IMG/VR virus record: IMGVR_UViG_3300025012_000026
Coordinates: 163,248-227,247 of that record
DNA length: 64,000 nt
Reading direction: 5' to 3' (one strand)
Shown here: positions 12,004-21,585 of the stretch, piece after piece
Position numbering within the stretch: position 1 is the first letter of the stretch
Layout: every line of letters begins with the position of its first letter
Notes under the pieces: generated by a model
Database searches by the model: none
What the model was told of the DNA's origin: nothing
Seen by the model: only the letters and a program-made list of their open reading frames with translations
Translations under genes and position numbers: made by a program

Positions 12004-13358
12004 TATGATACCTCCTTCTGAAGTTGATAAACAACATCTTTAAAATAATCAGAAATCTTTTTAAATGTAGATAAATTTACATGATTTTCGATTCCAATTT
12101 TTTTCCAAATTTTATTTGATTTATCGAAATCTAAAGAGTTTAATACTTTTACTAATCTAGGTTTCCAGTCATCACCATATTCTTGTCTTAATAAATCTCC
12201 TAAAATAATATACCCCATAAACATGTTGTTATGTGCAAGATATGAATTTTCTTTGGTATTAGATAATTCTGTTTTAAACTTTGAATAATTGAGTCCAATA
12301 ATATTATTGAACAACTCTACAATATCATTTTCAACTTGTGCGGTTCTAATAACTGGCTCCTCTTTAAGATCATAAAGAAATTCAATGGATTTTGATAAAG
12401 TATCAAATGTCATTAATTTGTTTTCAATAATCAATTCCTTTTCATTTAAGGCTATACGATTAAACATTTCGTTTGCCCTTTGTCTAGAATTAATAGCTTT
12501 TGCTACTTCCATATTTGGATTGGCTGTATTTTTAAAATCAACCCATTCAGTTTCAATTTGTGTACTTTTACTTTCTTGTCGAATTATTTCATTGGCACGC
12601 TCTTCTGTAACGTGGTGAATATAAATTGATGTAACCCTATCTATGTCATTCTTAATTTCAACAGTTTTTAACATGCCACAGGTTCTATTTGCACCATCAA
12701 TTATGTCTACTAACGTAGACGCATTATCTGGTTCAATTAATAACGTTCTAGTTTTAAGATCATACTTAAACTTTTCTTGTCCATTTATTTTGCGAATGTT
12801 CCACATAATAGCATTAGTGCAAAAAGAACCATCTATCATTGACTCTGTAATTTCTGATACCTTTTTGCTGTCAATATTAATAGATTCAACAATTCTGTTT
12901 CCACTTCGTCTTTTTAAAAGTTGTCTTTGAGTATTTGGATTATATGTTAATAGTCCATTACCCATATAAAGATTAATATTTTGATAAGTTTCCTTTGTAC
13001 ATAACCATTGACTATCATCTATTTGATCGACATTATGAAGTAAAATATACTTAACTTTTTCTTTATCAAGTTTTTTGTAATAATCAGCAGAAGACAATTC
13101 AATCTCTGTAAAGAACTCATCTGGATTTATTTCTGTTCGGTGAGTGTATCCATAAAGATATTTTGTAAATAAACATAGTTCAATTTCTTCAACATAAACC
13201 AAAGGAATTGCTTTAGTGAATATACCTGTAGTTCTGCCCCTCGGTATACCTCTTTCTAATAATTTGCCTATGACTTGCTCTTGAATTTGATTGTCATTTG
13301 AATAATCTTCAATGACTAAATTAAGAATATCCTCAAGAATTTGACGATCTTGTTTCAT
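12003..13358 (-). CDS. YopQ-like protein (DndB/DGQHR ParB-like domain)
   Basis: YNPNTQR and IIDGANR motifs; ~450 aa; stop/start overlap with the repressor gene; start MKQDRQ after RBS AAGGAGG. Confidence 0.7.
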   Translation of the reverse strand: MKQDRQILEDILNLVIEDYSNDNQIQEQVIGKLLERGIPRGRTTGIFTKAIPLVYVEEIELCLFTKYLYGYTHRTEINPDEFFTEIELSSADYYKKLDKEKVKYILLHNVDQIDDSQWLCTKETYQNINLYMGNGLLTYNPNTQRQLLKRRSGNRIVESINIDSKKVSEITESMIDGSFCTNAIMWNIRKINGQEKFKYDLKTRTLLIEPDNASTLVDIIDGANRTCGMLKTVEIKNDIDRVTSIYIHHVTEERANEIIRQESKSTQIETEWVDFKNTANPNMEVAKAINSRQRANEMFNRIALNEKELIIENKLMTFDTLSKSIEFLYDLKEEPVIRTAQVENDIVELFNNIIGLNYSKFKTELSNTKENSYLAHNNMFMGYIILGDLLRQEYGDDWKPRLVKVLNSLDFDKSNKIWKKIGIENHVNLSTFKKISDYFKDVVYQLQKEVS

Positions 13359-13431
13359 AATATTTATTCCTCCTTTTGACATATCAGCAACAAGTTATGT
13401 TGCTATGTATTGGTTAATAATACGCAATGCT

Positions 13432-13530
13432 ATTATAATATATAATATGCCAATACGTCAAGAAGAATGCCTGATTAGTTTTATTATTTATGATTATATC
13501 ATTATAACATTATTGATTGCATAATGTCAA
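13432..13530 (-). promoter_or_regulatory. Tandem sigmaA promoters for the yopQ/mrpR-like operon
   Basis: TTGACA(13530)-18-TATAAT with extended TG, and TTGACG(13461)-18-TATAAT. Confidence 0.6.
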
Positions 13531-13569
13531 ATAATTTATTTTATACACTTGATTATCATATCTCTCACC

Positions 13570-14379
13570 TTAATTAATCATATTCTCATAATCTTGATTC
13601 CCAACATTTTCACAAACCATTTGTGCTGTTTTTTCTTTGCATAAATAATGATTAATTACCATTAGTAACCATGTTAAAAATATTACTGGAATAGATGTTA
13701 TTATAACAATAGCAATTAGTTCATCAATAAATTGTAATTTAATTATAATGCTATTGTTTTCTACTAATTTGTTCATATAATTTACCACTAGAACTCTAGT
13801 TGACAATACTAACAACAAACCACTAATAATAAATTTATTTCTGATAACCGAACTAAATAGATTAATTTTTACTTTGCTGTTTTTTCTAACTAGAATTAAG
13901 GAAACAATACATAGATGCAAAATTTTGATTGGAATGGCCCATAAGATATTGTACATGACATTATCATTAAAAAAACTATATGGCTTATCTAATAACGATA
14001 ATAGAAGTGGACAGTATGCGTATTCTATTATTCCTACAATGACGAAGCTTCCGACTGTATAGATTGCTGTTTTAAATATTAATGATATGTTTATGTCAAA
14101 ACTGTTTGTGATGACTATGTATTCCATTAAGATTATCATTAGAAACATAATTGATAATATAGAATTTTGTTTTGGTACTATGATAATATACTTGAAGATA
14201 TTTGCCATTATTGCTACTGGTAATGCTGTGAGCATAATCCATGTTAGACTACGTTTCCACATTAAAATATCTAGTAGATCATTAATTTTTAAAAGTGATA
14301 ATGCGATGATTACAATGAACATTTGTTCAGGGAGGCCAACAAATATGGTGTTTAGGATGGCATTTGTTATGGATTGCAT
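13570..14379 (-). CDS. Polytopic membrane protein resembling an AgrC/VirS sensor domain, without kinase domain
   Basis: About 7 hydrophobic segments; immediately downstream of agrB; paralog of 16216-17001 (MQSITNAILNTIFVGLPEQMF vs MQGVTNALLNMVLISLPEEIF). Confidence 0.6.
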   Translation of the reverse strand: MQSITNAILNTIFVGLPEQMFIVIIALSLLKINDLLDILMWKRSLTWIMLTALPVAIMANIFKYIIIVPKQNSILSIMFLMIILMEYIVITNSFDINISLIFKTAIYTVGSFVIVGIIEYAYCPLLLSLLDKPYSFFNDNVMYNILWAIPIKILHLCIVSLILVRKNSKVKINLFSSVIRNKFIISGLLLVLSTRVLVVNYMNKLVENNSIIIKLQFIDELIAIVIITSIPVIFLTWLLMVINHYLCKEKTAQMVCENVGNQDYENMIN

Positions 14380-14397
14380 ATGGGTGTTCACTCCTTT

Positions 14398-15030
14398 TTA
14401 TTTTATTTTTGAATCTAGCGCAGAATAAACAATTTGCCCTATTCTGCTTATACTAAATAATTCTAATAATAATCCAAAACAACTTGAAATTACAATAATC
14501 TTTAGATTGAAAAGTAGGGAGATGGTCATTATGATTGTCCATATAAATAGATAATATGATGACCATCTTTTGAATTTTTTGATTTCTAATGGCTCTGTGA
14601 TTGGTTTATTTGGTGTATCTCTAGGTACATAACGATAAATTATATACATTGTCATTACAACACAGAAATTGAATAAATACCACATGTCTATAAATGACCA
14701 ATATTGGAGTGTATATTTGATTAATAATGCTGATCCAATGAACTGAATGGTTGAAAAAGTTATACATTTATTATATTCCCCGAAATGGTATCCACCTGCT
14801 ATGATACGTAAACTACTGAAGGTCAAGGCGATTATTAGGGTAGGAAGCTTTATGCTAAAAATAGATGCTAAAGATACCATTAACATAGCCTTAAAAATAG
14901 CACCCCAAACTACCATGAAACCATATGTGAAAACCTCAATCTGATCTTCTACGGTAGGATATTTATCATTAGGTACTTTTTTTGCTAACCACTTAGCAGA
15001 ATGATTTGATACAAATTCTATAAAACTCAT
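14398..15030 (-). CDS. agrB: AgrB-family peptide maturation protease
   Basis: EVFTYGF; LRIIAGGYH..KC catalytic His/Cys; YVPRDTPNKPI. Confidence 0.95.
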   Translation of the reverse strand: MSFIEFVSNHSAKWLAKKVPNDKYPTVEDQIEVFTYGFMVVWGAIFKAMLMVSLASIFSIKLPTLIIALTFSSLRIIAGGYHFGEYNKCITFSTIQFIGSALLIKYTLQYWSFIDMWYLFNFCVVMTMYIIYRYVPRDTPNKPITEPLEIKKFKRWSSYYLFIWTIIMTISLLFNLKIIVISSCFGLLLELFSISRIGQIVYSALDSKIK

Positions 15031-15057
15031 TAAATTATTTAATCTTCCTTTCTTTTA

Positions 15058-15861
15058 TCATGCATAAGCCACCTGTTGCCCTACACTAGTATAATTATTT
15101 TCTTGTATATTCTGTCTGATTGGTTTAACTTTATTTAGATTTTTCAAAGTCTCTATTGCTTCCTCTTCGTTTACATGTAATTCTAAAATACCCTCAGATT
15201 TCATAAGGGCAATTTCAACTTTCAACATTATATTTGAAGGACATTCAGCGACTTTTTGAAATACTCCATTCTTTCCTATTAATCTTCTTTTTGATATTGT
15301 GTTTGGTAATTCACAACATATAATAGAGTCCTGTGGGATATTACATTCTTTACTGCTTGCGAAAACGTGAGTCGGCATCTTAGCTTTGGATCTAGTTGTC
15401 ATCGCTATGACAATAGAGTTGCTAGAGCAAGCATTCCCCTTATTATTTTGCACCACAAGCACCATTCTTGGGCCGCCTACTTCACTATCTATCCCTTTGT
15501 CACCAAAGTCTGCGAAACAAAAATCTCCTCTTCTGACACGAATATTTTTTATTTGCTCTAAATCATTATTTGCATATAAAGAGTATCCACATGCTATTTT
15601 TAGATCCTGCAACGAAACCCTACCTTCTGAATTATTTGCGAAAACATTGAGGGTTTGAACGTTCGGATAAACATTTATTTTTTCACGAACGATAAGTTCT
15701 ATGTACCCTCCTTCAATTTTGCAGTCTGCTCCAAAATTATTGATTGTCCTATGGGTTCCTTTAGCAAGCATAATTAAACTAGCTAGTTTCTTAAAATCCT
15801 TTTTGGCATTTACCTCAGTGTTGGTGGTATTAGTTGATTTGGCAAATAATTTGTTGAACAT
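15058..15861 (-). CDS. N-terminal HTH-like domain fused to a MazF/PemK endoribonuclease domain
   Basis: C-terminal RRGDFCFADF..SEVGGPRMVLVVQNNKGN..AMTT..KMPTHV..DSIICCE; N-terminus resembles an XRE HTH (RTINNFGADCKI..LKIACGY). Confidence 0.8.
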   Translation of the reverse strand: MFNKLFAKSTNTTNTEVNAKKDFKKLASLIMLAKGTHRTINNFGADCKIEGGYIELIVREKINVYPNVQTLNVFANNSEGRVSLQDLKIACGYSLYANNDLEQIKNIRVRRGDFCFADFGDKGIDSEVGGPRMVLVVQNNKGNACSSNSIVIAMTTRSKAKMPTHVFASSKECNIPQDSIICCELPNTISKRRLIGKNGVFQKVAECPSNIMLKVEIALMKSEGILELHVNEEEAIETLKNLNKVKPIRQNIQENNYTSVGQQVAYA

Positions 15862-15924
15862 AATAATGCACATCCTTTTCATATTTAATAAGATATAAAA
15901 TAATTTTCTTTAACTGATAGTATA

Positions 15925-15954
15925 ATTATATCTTATTATGTATGGATATGTCAA
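15925..15954 (-). promoter_or_regulatory. sigmaA promoter for the HTH-mazF / agrB / sensor operon
   Basis: TTGACA-18-TATAAT. Confidence 0.65.
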
Positions 15955-15993
15955 CATAATTATTTTCAATTGTCTATTAATTTATATTATGGT

Positions 15994-16023
15994 TATAGGA
16001 GAGAACCGAAGTCCTCTCCTATA
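15994..16023 (-). terminator. Stem-loop after agrD (terminator or stabilizing hairpin)
   Basis: Minus strand TATAGGAGAGGAC-TTCG-GTTCTCTCCTATA with UUCG tetraloop; no U-tract. Confidence 0.55.
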
Positions 16024-16040
16024 TGTAAAAGTGATTAAAA

Positions 16041-16160
16041 TTATTTATTTAGACATTTAGGATCTTTTGGTTGATAAGAAAACGCCCAAGAAGCCATATT
16101 TGATGTAAATAGTGCTAACATAGATACTAATCCAGCAAGAACAATATATACTTTCTTCAT
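16041..16160 (-). CDS. agrD: AgrD-like cyclic autoinducing peptide precursor (39 aa, not in ORF track)
   Basis: MKKVYIVLAGLVSMLALFTSNMASWAFSYQPKDPKCLNK*; clostridial AgrD tail YQPKxPKxL; RBS GGAAAGGAGGTGA. Confidence 0.9.
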   Translation of the reverse strand: MKKVYIVLAGLVSMLALFTSNMASWAFSYQPKDPKCLNK

Positions 16161-16215
16161 GTTAATGTCACCTCCTTTCCAAGAATTTATTTATATAACA
16201 AATGCCTTAATCATC

Positions 16216-17001
16216 TTAATCAATAAGATTTTCTTGCGTTTGCTGTATACGTTTTTCTATACCGACTACACAATTTATCATATACCACAACACCATAAGA
16301 AATATAGTTGGTAGACTTAGAATGAATCCTATTGATAATATTTGTTCCCAAATTGGCAATGTGCTTAAGATATTATTATATCCTATCAATTTCACAACAT
16401 AAATTGTAAATAGTGTTAAGAAAGATATTATAAAAATTATCATATTGGTTAATGGTTTATTTTTGAACACTAAATTGTACAATTTGATATTTACTTGTTC
16501 ATTCATCTTAACTATAAAAAATATTATTATTGAGAATTCTAAAATTCTAGAAGGAATTACTAGTAAAAACATATAAGAAATATTTTGATTAAAATATTCA
16601 TAAGGAATTTTTAACAATGAAAACGTTAGTGGCATATAAGCTAATTCAATTAAACTGACTATTATTAGAGTAATCATTGAGTAAACTATGGTTTTAAATA
16701 TTAGTTTATTTTCTTGAGTTATTTCAGTAATTCTTATTATGTAAATAATCGCCAACCAAAATATTATTAATGAGATTATTGATGTTAATAATTTAGGCAA
16801 AATTATAATATACTTAAAAATACTTATACACATTGCCATCAGCAATGAAGGTATTATAATCCACTTAATATTTATTCTCCACATTCTTATGTCAAGTAAA
16901 TCAAATCTTTTGAACAATATTAATGTCATACATGTTACAAATATTTCTTCAGGTAAGGATATAAGAACCATGTTCAATAAAGCATTTGTTACACCTTGCA
17001 T
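16216..17001 (-). CDS. Polytopic membrane protein resembling an AgrC/VirS sensor domain, without kinase domain
   Basis: About 7 TM segments; directly upstream of agrD; paralog of 13570-14379. Confidence 0.6.
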   Translation of the reverse strand: MQGVTNALLNMVLISLPEEIFVTCMTLILFKRFDLLDIRMWRINIKWIIIPSLLMAMCISIFKYIIILPKLLTSIISLIIFWLAIIYIIRITEITQENKLIFKTIVYSMITLIIVSLIELAYMPLTFSLLKIPYEYFNQNISYMFLLVIPSRILEFSIIIFFIVKMNEQVNIKLYNLVFKNKPLTNMIIFIISFLTLFTIYVVKLIGYNNILSTLPIWEQILSIGFILSLPTIFLMVLWYMINCVVGIEKRIQQTQENLID

Positions 17002-17041
17002 ATGTATTACCTCTTTCTTATTCATTTCTTAACCTGTAATA

Positions 17042-17070
17042 AGTATACCATAAGACAAGGTGTAACGCAA
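17042..17070 (-). promoter_or_regulatory. sigmaA promoter for sensor-agrD
   Basis: TTGCGT-17-TATACT with extended TG. Confidence 0.55.
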
Positions 17071-17082
17071 GTATTATTTTAT

Positions 17083-17694
17083 TTATTGATTCATATATAC
17101 CTTATTAATTTCTTTGACTGAACAGTAAACTATTATAAAAGCAAATATTCTTATTAAAATATCACCAATACTCCAAATTGACATACCAAATATATCAAAT
17201 ATATCGGACAAAAATATTAGATTTGTCATATGATCACCTAAAACATGAAAATCATTAAACTTAGAAGCATTCATAATCATATCATACTGAGTGTAACCAG
17301 TTGAATAAGATACATCTGGGAAAATAGGCATCATCCCATGATTAAAGTACATTACAATATAATTCAATACAAATCCACACAAGAGACTACAACAAGCGAT
17401 AATATACTCTTTATACTTCTCATGCCTAAATAGAACATCAAGTCCTAGAATCATATATGATCCTAATATAGCATTCTTTATTATGTGTTGATATTGAAGA
17501 AAGTAGTAATTTTGATTCATTATTGTATATTGTAGATAGATGTAAAATATAGACATTAATATAACTGGATAGATACTCCATCTTTTTAGTATTGGTTTTA
17601 TATTGTATGATTCTTTATGTATTTGGAATTTTCCTAGTTTTATGTAAAGATATATTTTAGAGAATATGAGCGATGCTATTAGTGTCTCGACCAT
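17083..17694 (-). CDS. DUF5317-like membrane protein
   Basis: GFVLNYIVMYFNHGMMP..FLSDIFDI..SIGDILI motifs. Confidence 0.7.
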   Translation of the reverse strand: MVETLIASLIFSKIYLYIKLGKFQIHKESYNIKPILKRWSIYPVILMSIFYIYLQYTIMNQNYYFLQYQHIIKNAILGSYMILGLDVLFRHEKYKEYIIACCSLLCGFVLNYIVMYFNHGMMPIFPDVSYSTGYTQYDMIMNASKFNDFHVLGDHMTNLIFLSDIFDIFGMSIWSIGDILIRIFAFIIVYCSVKEINKVYMNQ

Positions 17695-17754
17695 TTATTG
17701 TATTATCTCCTTTGTATTATTTTGTAATAATTTATTTATTTACAATCATGTATT

Positions 17755-19491
17755 CTACGGAGGTTTATTATTTTGATCTTTAATCATATTCTCATAATCT
17801 ACTAAATACATCCATTTAAGTAATTCACCAGTCTCAAGATCTTTACCACATGTTTTTTGTTTATTTTTGCAACATCTTCCAATTCCGACACGATTTATAT
17901 TATATTCTTTTGATGCGTTTGCAATAGAATTGAATACTTTGTTTGTTGTCAAACATATTATCTTCATATCTCTTGAACTATGTAGTATATACTTTATTTC
18001 TTGTTTATCTTTAAAAATATATTCTTCGTAATACATCCAAACCATCTTTTCCCCTGTTTCGGGATGTTTTCCTGCCGATTTTTGTATACCTAAACAACAT
18101 GATGAAATATCACTATTCCTTATATTATACTTACTTGTTGCATCAGTTATAGAATTAAAAATTTCATTAGTTGTTAAACAAACAACTTTTGTTTGCATTA
18201 CTTCTTTAGTATCATAATCACACCACCCCAATTCTACACCTTGTTTTAAATATCTAGAAACTGTAGAGGTATGAACCTTTATTATATCTGCTATTTCTAC
18301 AGTCCTTTTAATTCCACTATTCCATAAATTACATGAAATTTTAACTAAACTTGAACATCCAGCCTCATGACACTTCAACCAATCTATATCTTTTTCTTTA
18401 AAATTAAGTAATATGGGCAATCTAGACCTCATTATGCTATTCTTTATCCACTCTAACTCAGACTTTCTACAATCGATTATTATGTAATTATTAATATTGT
18501 TTGTTCTCGCTAACCACTCTTTATCAAAATCATTTTCCTGAACTTCTGCTAATGAAACTTTCCAATTACCTGTTATTTCTTCATAATGCTGAATTCCTTG
18601 AATTTCAATGACAATTTTATCTAATTTTTCTATGTAAAAATCATATCTGTATCCACCACACCATTTAAAAGTTATTTTACTCAATTGAGATTTAAAATTT
18701 AGATGTAATTGTTCTAAAAAAGATAGAAAGAACTTCTCTGGATAACTCACACCATCGGAACATCTAGGGCAAGCAAATCCATGTACTACTAAGGTGCTAA
18801 AATTTAAATTTTTATCATATCCACAATCTGGACATTTCATAGGTATTTTTGGATTTGATCCAAAAGAATGTTTATTTGCATCTTCTTTATTTACCAAATA
18901 CTTAATTAAATGTGGATGAGTTGTCACAACCATATTACACATATTGCAATCAAGACTTCCATTTTGTCCATTTGTAAAACTACTAATACTTTTTAATTCA
19001 CTTTCATGTTCTGGATGTTCTAAACACTTAAACCAATAACCTTTTTTATTAAAACCTGCGGAACTAAAGCTTACATCATTAGGGCTTAATACTTTCCCAT
19101 TTTTTATATTTTTTGCATCATCCCATCTAGATAATATCCAATCTGCCAATTCTTTAGGGAGATTATCGTAACACCATTGATAAAAAGATTTACTATTTTT
19201 TAATTTTGTAATTCTTCCATTTTCACTCACAAACAGTTTTATGGCACATTTTATACAATAATATTTTTCACCCTCATGTCTTAAATCTATATAATGTCGC
19301 CATATGACATTTTTTATAATTTCTCCGCAACCATCACACTGAATATCGACTAATGCGTGTGAACTATGAGGTAAATCCTCTACTTTCACTTCGAATTCAT
19401 TGCCCATTTTTGTAAAGATATAATCTCTTTGTTCATAATATTTTTTAATACTTGCATTCCATTTCATTTTTACGGTTTTAGTTATTAACAA
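17755..19491 (-). CDS. Free-standing homing-endonuclease-like protein (Zn ribbons, Vsr/PD-(D/E)XK-like nuclease, NUMOD1 repeats)
   Basis: Several CxxC pairs; SYPEKF..YRYDFYI..IEIQGIQHY; two C-terminal VCLTTN.FNSI.A repeats. Confidence 0.7.
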   Translation of the reverse strand: MLITKTVKMKWNASIKKYYEQRDYIFTKMGNEFEVKVEDLPHSSHALVDIQCDGCGEIIKNVIWRHYIDLRHEGEKYYCIKCAIKLFVSENGRITKLKNSKSFYQWCYDNLPKELADWILSRWDDAKNIKNGKVLSPNDVSFSSAGFNKKGYWFKCLEHPEHESELKSISSFTNGQNGSLDCNMCNMVVTTHPHLIKYLVNKEDANKHSFGSNPKIPMKCPDCGYDKNLNFSTLVVHGFACPRCSDGVSYPEKFFLSFLEQLHLNFKSQLSKITFKWCGGYRYDFYIEKLDKIVIEIQGIQHYEEITGNWKVSLAEVQENDFDKEWLARTNNINNYIIIDCRKSELEWIKNSIMRSRLPILLNFKEKDIDWLKCHEAGCSSLVKISCNLWNSGIKRTVEIADIIKVHTSTVSRYLKQGVELGWCDYDTKEVMQTKVVCLTTNEIFNSITDATSKYNIRNSDISSCCLGIQKSAGKHPETGEKMVWMYYEEYIFKDKQEIKYILHSSRDMKIICLTTNKVFNSIANASKEYNINRVGIGRCCKNKQKTCGKDLETGELLKWMYLVDYENMIKDQNNKPP

Positions 19492-19558
19492 TTAGCAACA
19501 CCTTTTTGCCAATTGTTAATAACTTTATATTTTTCAATAAACATCCTTCTCCTTTTAT

Positions 19559-19981
19559 TTATGCATACACAATATTCTTATCTTTCTGACCTATTGAGAA
19601 TTGAATAAGTATACCTTGATTTATACGTTCCATAGTTTCAGAATTACAATATCCAACTTTCTTCAAAAATATATCTTCATTTTTGTTAACTAACATAACT
19701 TGTTCACAGAGAGCAATAGAATCTCTTAATAGTCCTGAAGAGTTTTTATTTATGCTTTTGTGAGTTGGTAATTTTGACTTCGTGCCGATAGAACTAATTG
19801 GACATATATGCACAACTGGACTGTAGCGATTTGCCATATTATTACTTACAATTATGCATGGACGCAATTTTCCTTGGATAGATCCCTTGCCTTCTCCTAG
19901 ATCAACTAACCATATCTCTCCTCGATTAAATTGTTGTGGTTGTTGAACATTATTTATTACATTTTGCATAATAATTATCAC
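19559..19981 (-). CDS. mazF: MazF/PemK family endoribonuclease with no adjacent antitoxin
   Basis: RGEIWLVDL..GSIQGKLRPCIIVSNNMANRYSP..KLPTH..RDSIALCEQ. Confidence 0.9.
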   Translation of the reverse strand: MIIIMQNVINNVQQPQQFNRGEIWLVDLGEGKGSIQGKLRPCIIVSNNMANRYSPVVHICPISSIGTKSKLPTHKSINKNSSGLLRDSIALCEQVMLVNKNEDIFLKKVGYCNSETMERINQGILIQFSIGQKDKNIVYA

Positions 19982-20093
19982 TCCTTCTTATTTAACCTTG
20001 TGATAATTATTATTCCCCACAGCTTGGATAATATACGTTGTCCAACAAAACTTTTATTTCTACATTCTAATCACCCCCTTACATTCTAATACT

Positions 20094-20364
20094 TTACCAC
20101 CATAAACTAGGCAAACACAATGCAAATATATTAACTATATCTTCTACTTTTTCTTTCTGCTCGTCAGTCCTTTTCATTGTACATAGATAATCTTTCATAT
20201 AACCATAGTTTAAATGTGAAGTCCATTGACCAAGTTTCTTTTTCATCAAAACCATATATTTCTCTTTCTTTAATCCATCGTTCTTGCCTTGAATCATCTT
20301 TATTCCAACCTTGAGGAGTATTGTCTTCTAATATACCAAGGTCTTTAAGATATTTACCTAACAT
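20094..20364 (-). pseudogene. Probable frameshifted or internally deleted phage gene
   Basis: Frame 1 (MLGKYL..GFDEKETW..LYERLSMYNEKD*) overlaps a second frame with a protein-like C-terminus ..IVNIFALCLPSLWW. Confidence 0.45.
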
Positions 20365-21071
20365 TTATTTTCCTCCTCTAACCCCTTAAATGCCATAATA
20401 GCAACCTCTAATTGTTCCACACTTGGTTCCTTTGTGAAAATATATTTCTGCAATAAACTTCCTACAAAATAAATTGGCTTAACAAACCACTTAATAATCC
20501 TATTATCAGATCTCATTACTTCATATGTAATTCCCCATCCTAATAACATTGCTCCAGAATGAACTAATGAAACTAATAATCCACTAATTATAATTAATCC
20601 AATATACAAATTAGTTCCACAATTATCATTTACACAACTTTGATTCATTGATGTTTCAATCGACACTTTACCATTTATTTCGTAATCATTTACCACTTTA
20701 TGTTCTGCTCCATGATAATATTTCGTTTTACTACATTTATTAAATAACAACATAAAAATAGGCAATATAATGAAATTATGATAGTTACTGTTTTGTAGAC
20801 TGCTTGGTTCAAAATTGTATAGACCATAAGAATAAATAAGACTTAGTGCCAATAATAACAAACCAAATTTTGTAAAAATTAATTTTAATATAATCCAATA
20901 TGCTCTAGCAAAAGGTATTCTGTAAAGAAAATTCTCTAAAATATTTTGCTTATCATCTTTGAGTATTTTATTTACAATAATATTATTGCCTTTTCTTATT
21001 GCTGTTGAAGTATGAGTTTCTGATTCAAACATTACATTATTGTATCCTGCTCTACCACCTAGTAAATTCAT
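20358..21071 (-). CDS. DUF1385 (YqhQ-like) membrane protein
   Basis: GGRA, RIPFAR, YHGAEHK, CGTN, TKEPSVEQLEVA. Confidence 0.85.
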   Translation of the reverse strand: MNLLGGRAGYNNVMFESETHTSTAIRKGNNIIVNKILKDDKQNILENFLYRIPFARAYWIILKLIFTKFGLLLLALSLIYSYGLYNFEPSSLQNSNYHNFIILPIFMLLFNKCSKTKYYHGAEHKVVNDYEINGKVSIETSMNQSCVNDNCGTNLYIGLIIISGLLVSLVHSGAMLLGWGITYEVMRSDNRIIKWFVKPIYFVGSLLQKYIFTKEPSVEQLEVAIMAFKGLEEENKC

Positions 21072-21083
21072 ATTCTATCCACC

Positions 21084-21347
21084 TCAAATCCCCTTAATAT
21101 CATTCGGAATCCCAAATTCCCACTTATCACAACCTACAACCGGATAAATCTTAATTATAAACCCATGTTGTACATTCATTTGCTCTCCTACTCTGCAATA
21201 TTGTAATCTCCCATCTCTCATTCTAGCATTTTTACAAGTCAAACAAGTTTTATTTATCACATTATAATCACAAACTTTTTCATGGATTTCCATTTCTTCT
21301 TTTGGGAGTAACATAGTACAGAAATCACATTTGAATATTGGTTTCAT
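21084..21347 (-). CDS. Small Cys-rich (Zn-binding) protein
   Basis: CDFC..HEKVC..CLTC. Confidence 0.55.
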   Translation of the reverse strand: MKPIFKCDFCTMLLPKEEMEIHEKVCDYNVINKTCLTCKNARMRDGRLQYCRVGEQMNVQHGFIIKIYPVVGCDKWEFGIPNDIKGI

Positions 21348-21585
21348 ATTTAATCACTCTCCTTTCTTTAATACAACAAGACAAAAGACTTGTTCTAAAC
21401 CAACAACTTCTTTAATTCATGTTCAAAATAAAATGTTGCAGGATTTTCAATTATAGTATAAGTATATCTAGCTTGTTTCAGTGTATAACCCCATTCATTT
21501 ACCGTGACAATTTTACCATCTAATAATACTTTTTCTCCATCTTGAAATTTTGGATTAAATTCATTAATCAATTTAATTCTCCTTT

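Noticed and set aside
12003-13358. Phosphorothioation (dnd) system because of the DndB-like motif
   Set aside because: No dndACDE genes; context matches SPbeta yopQ next to yopR
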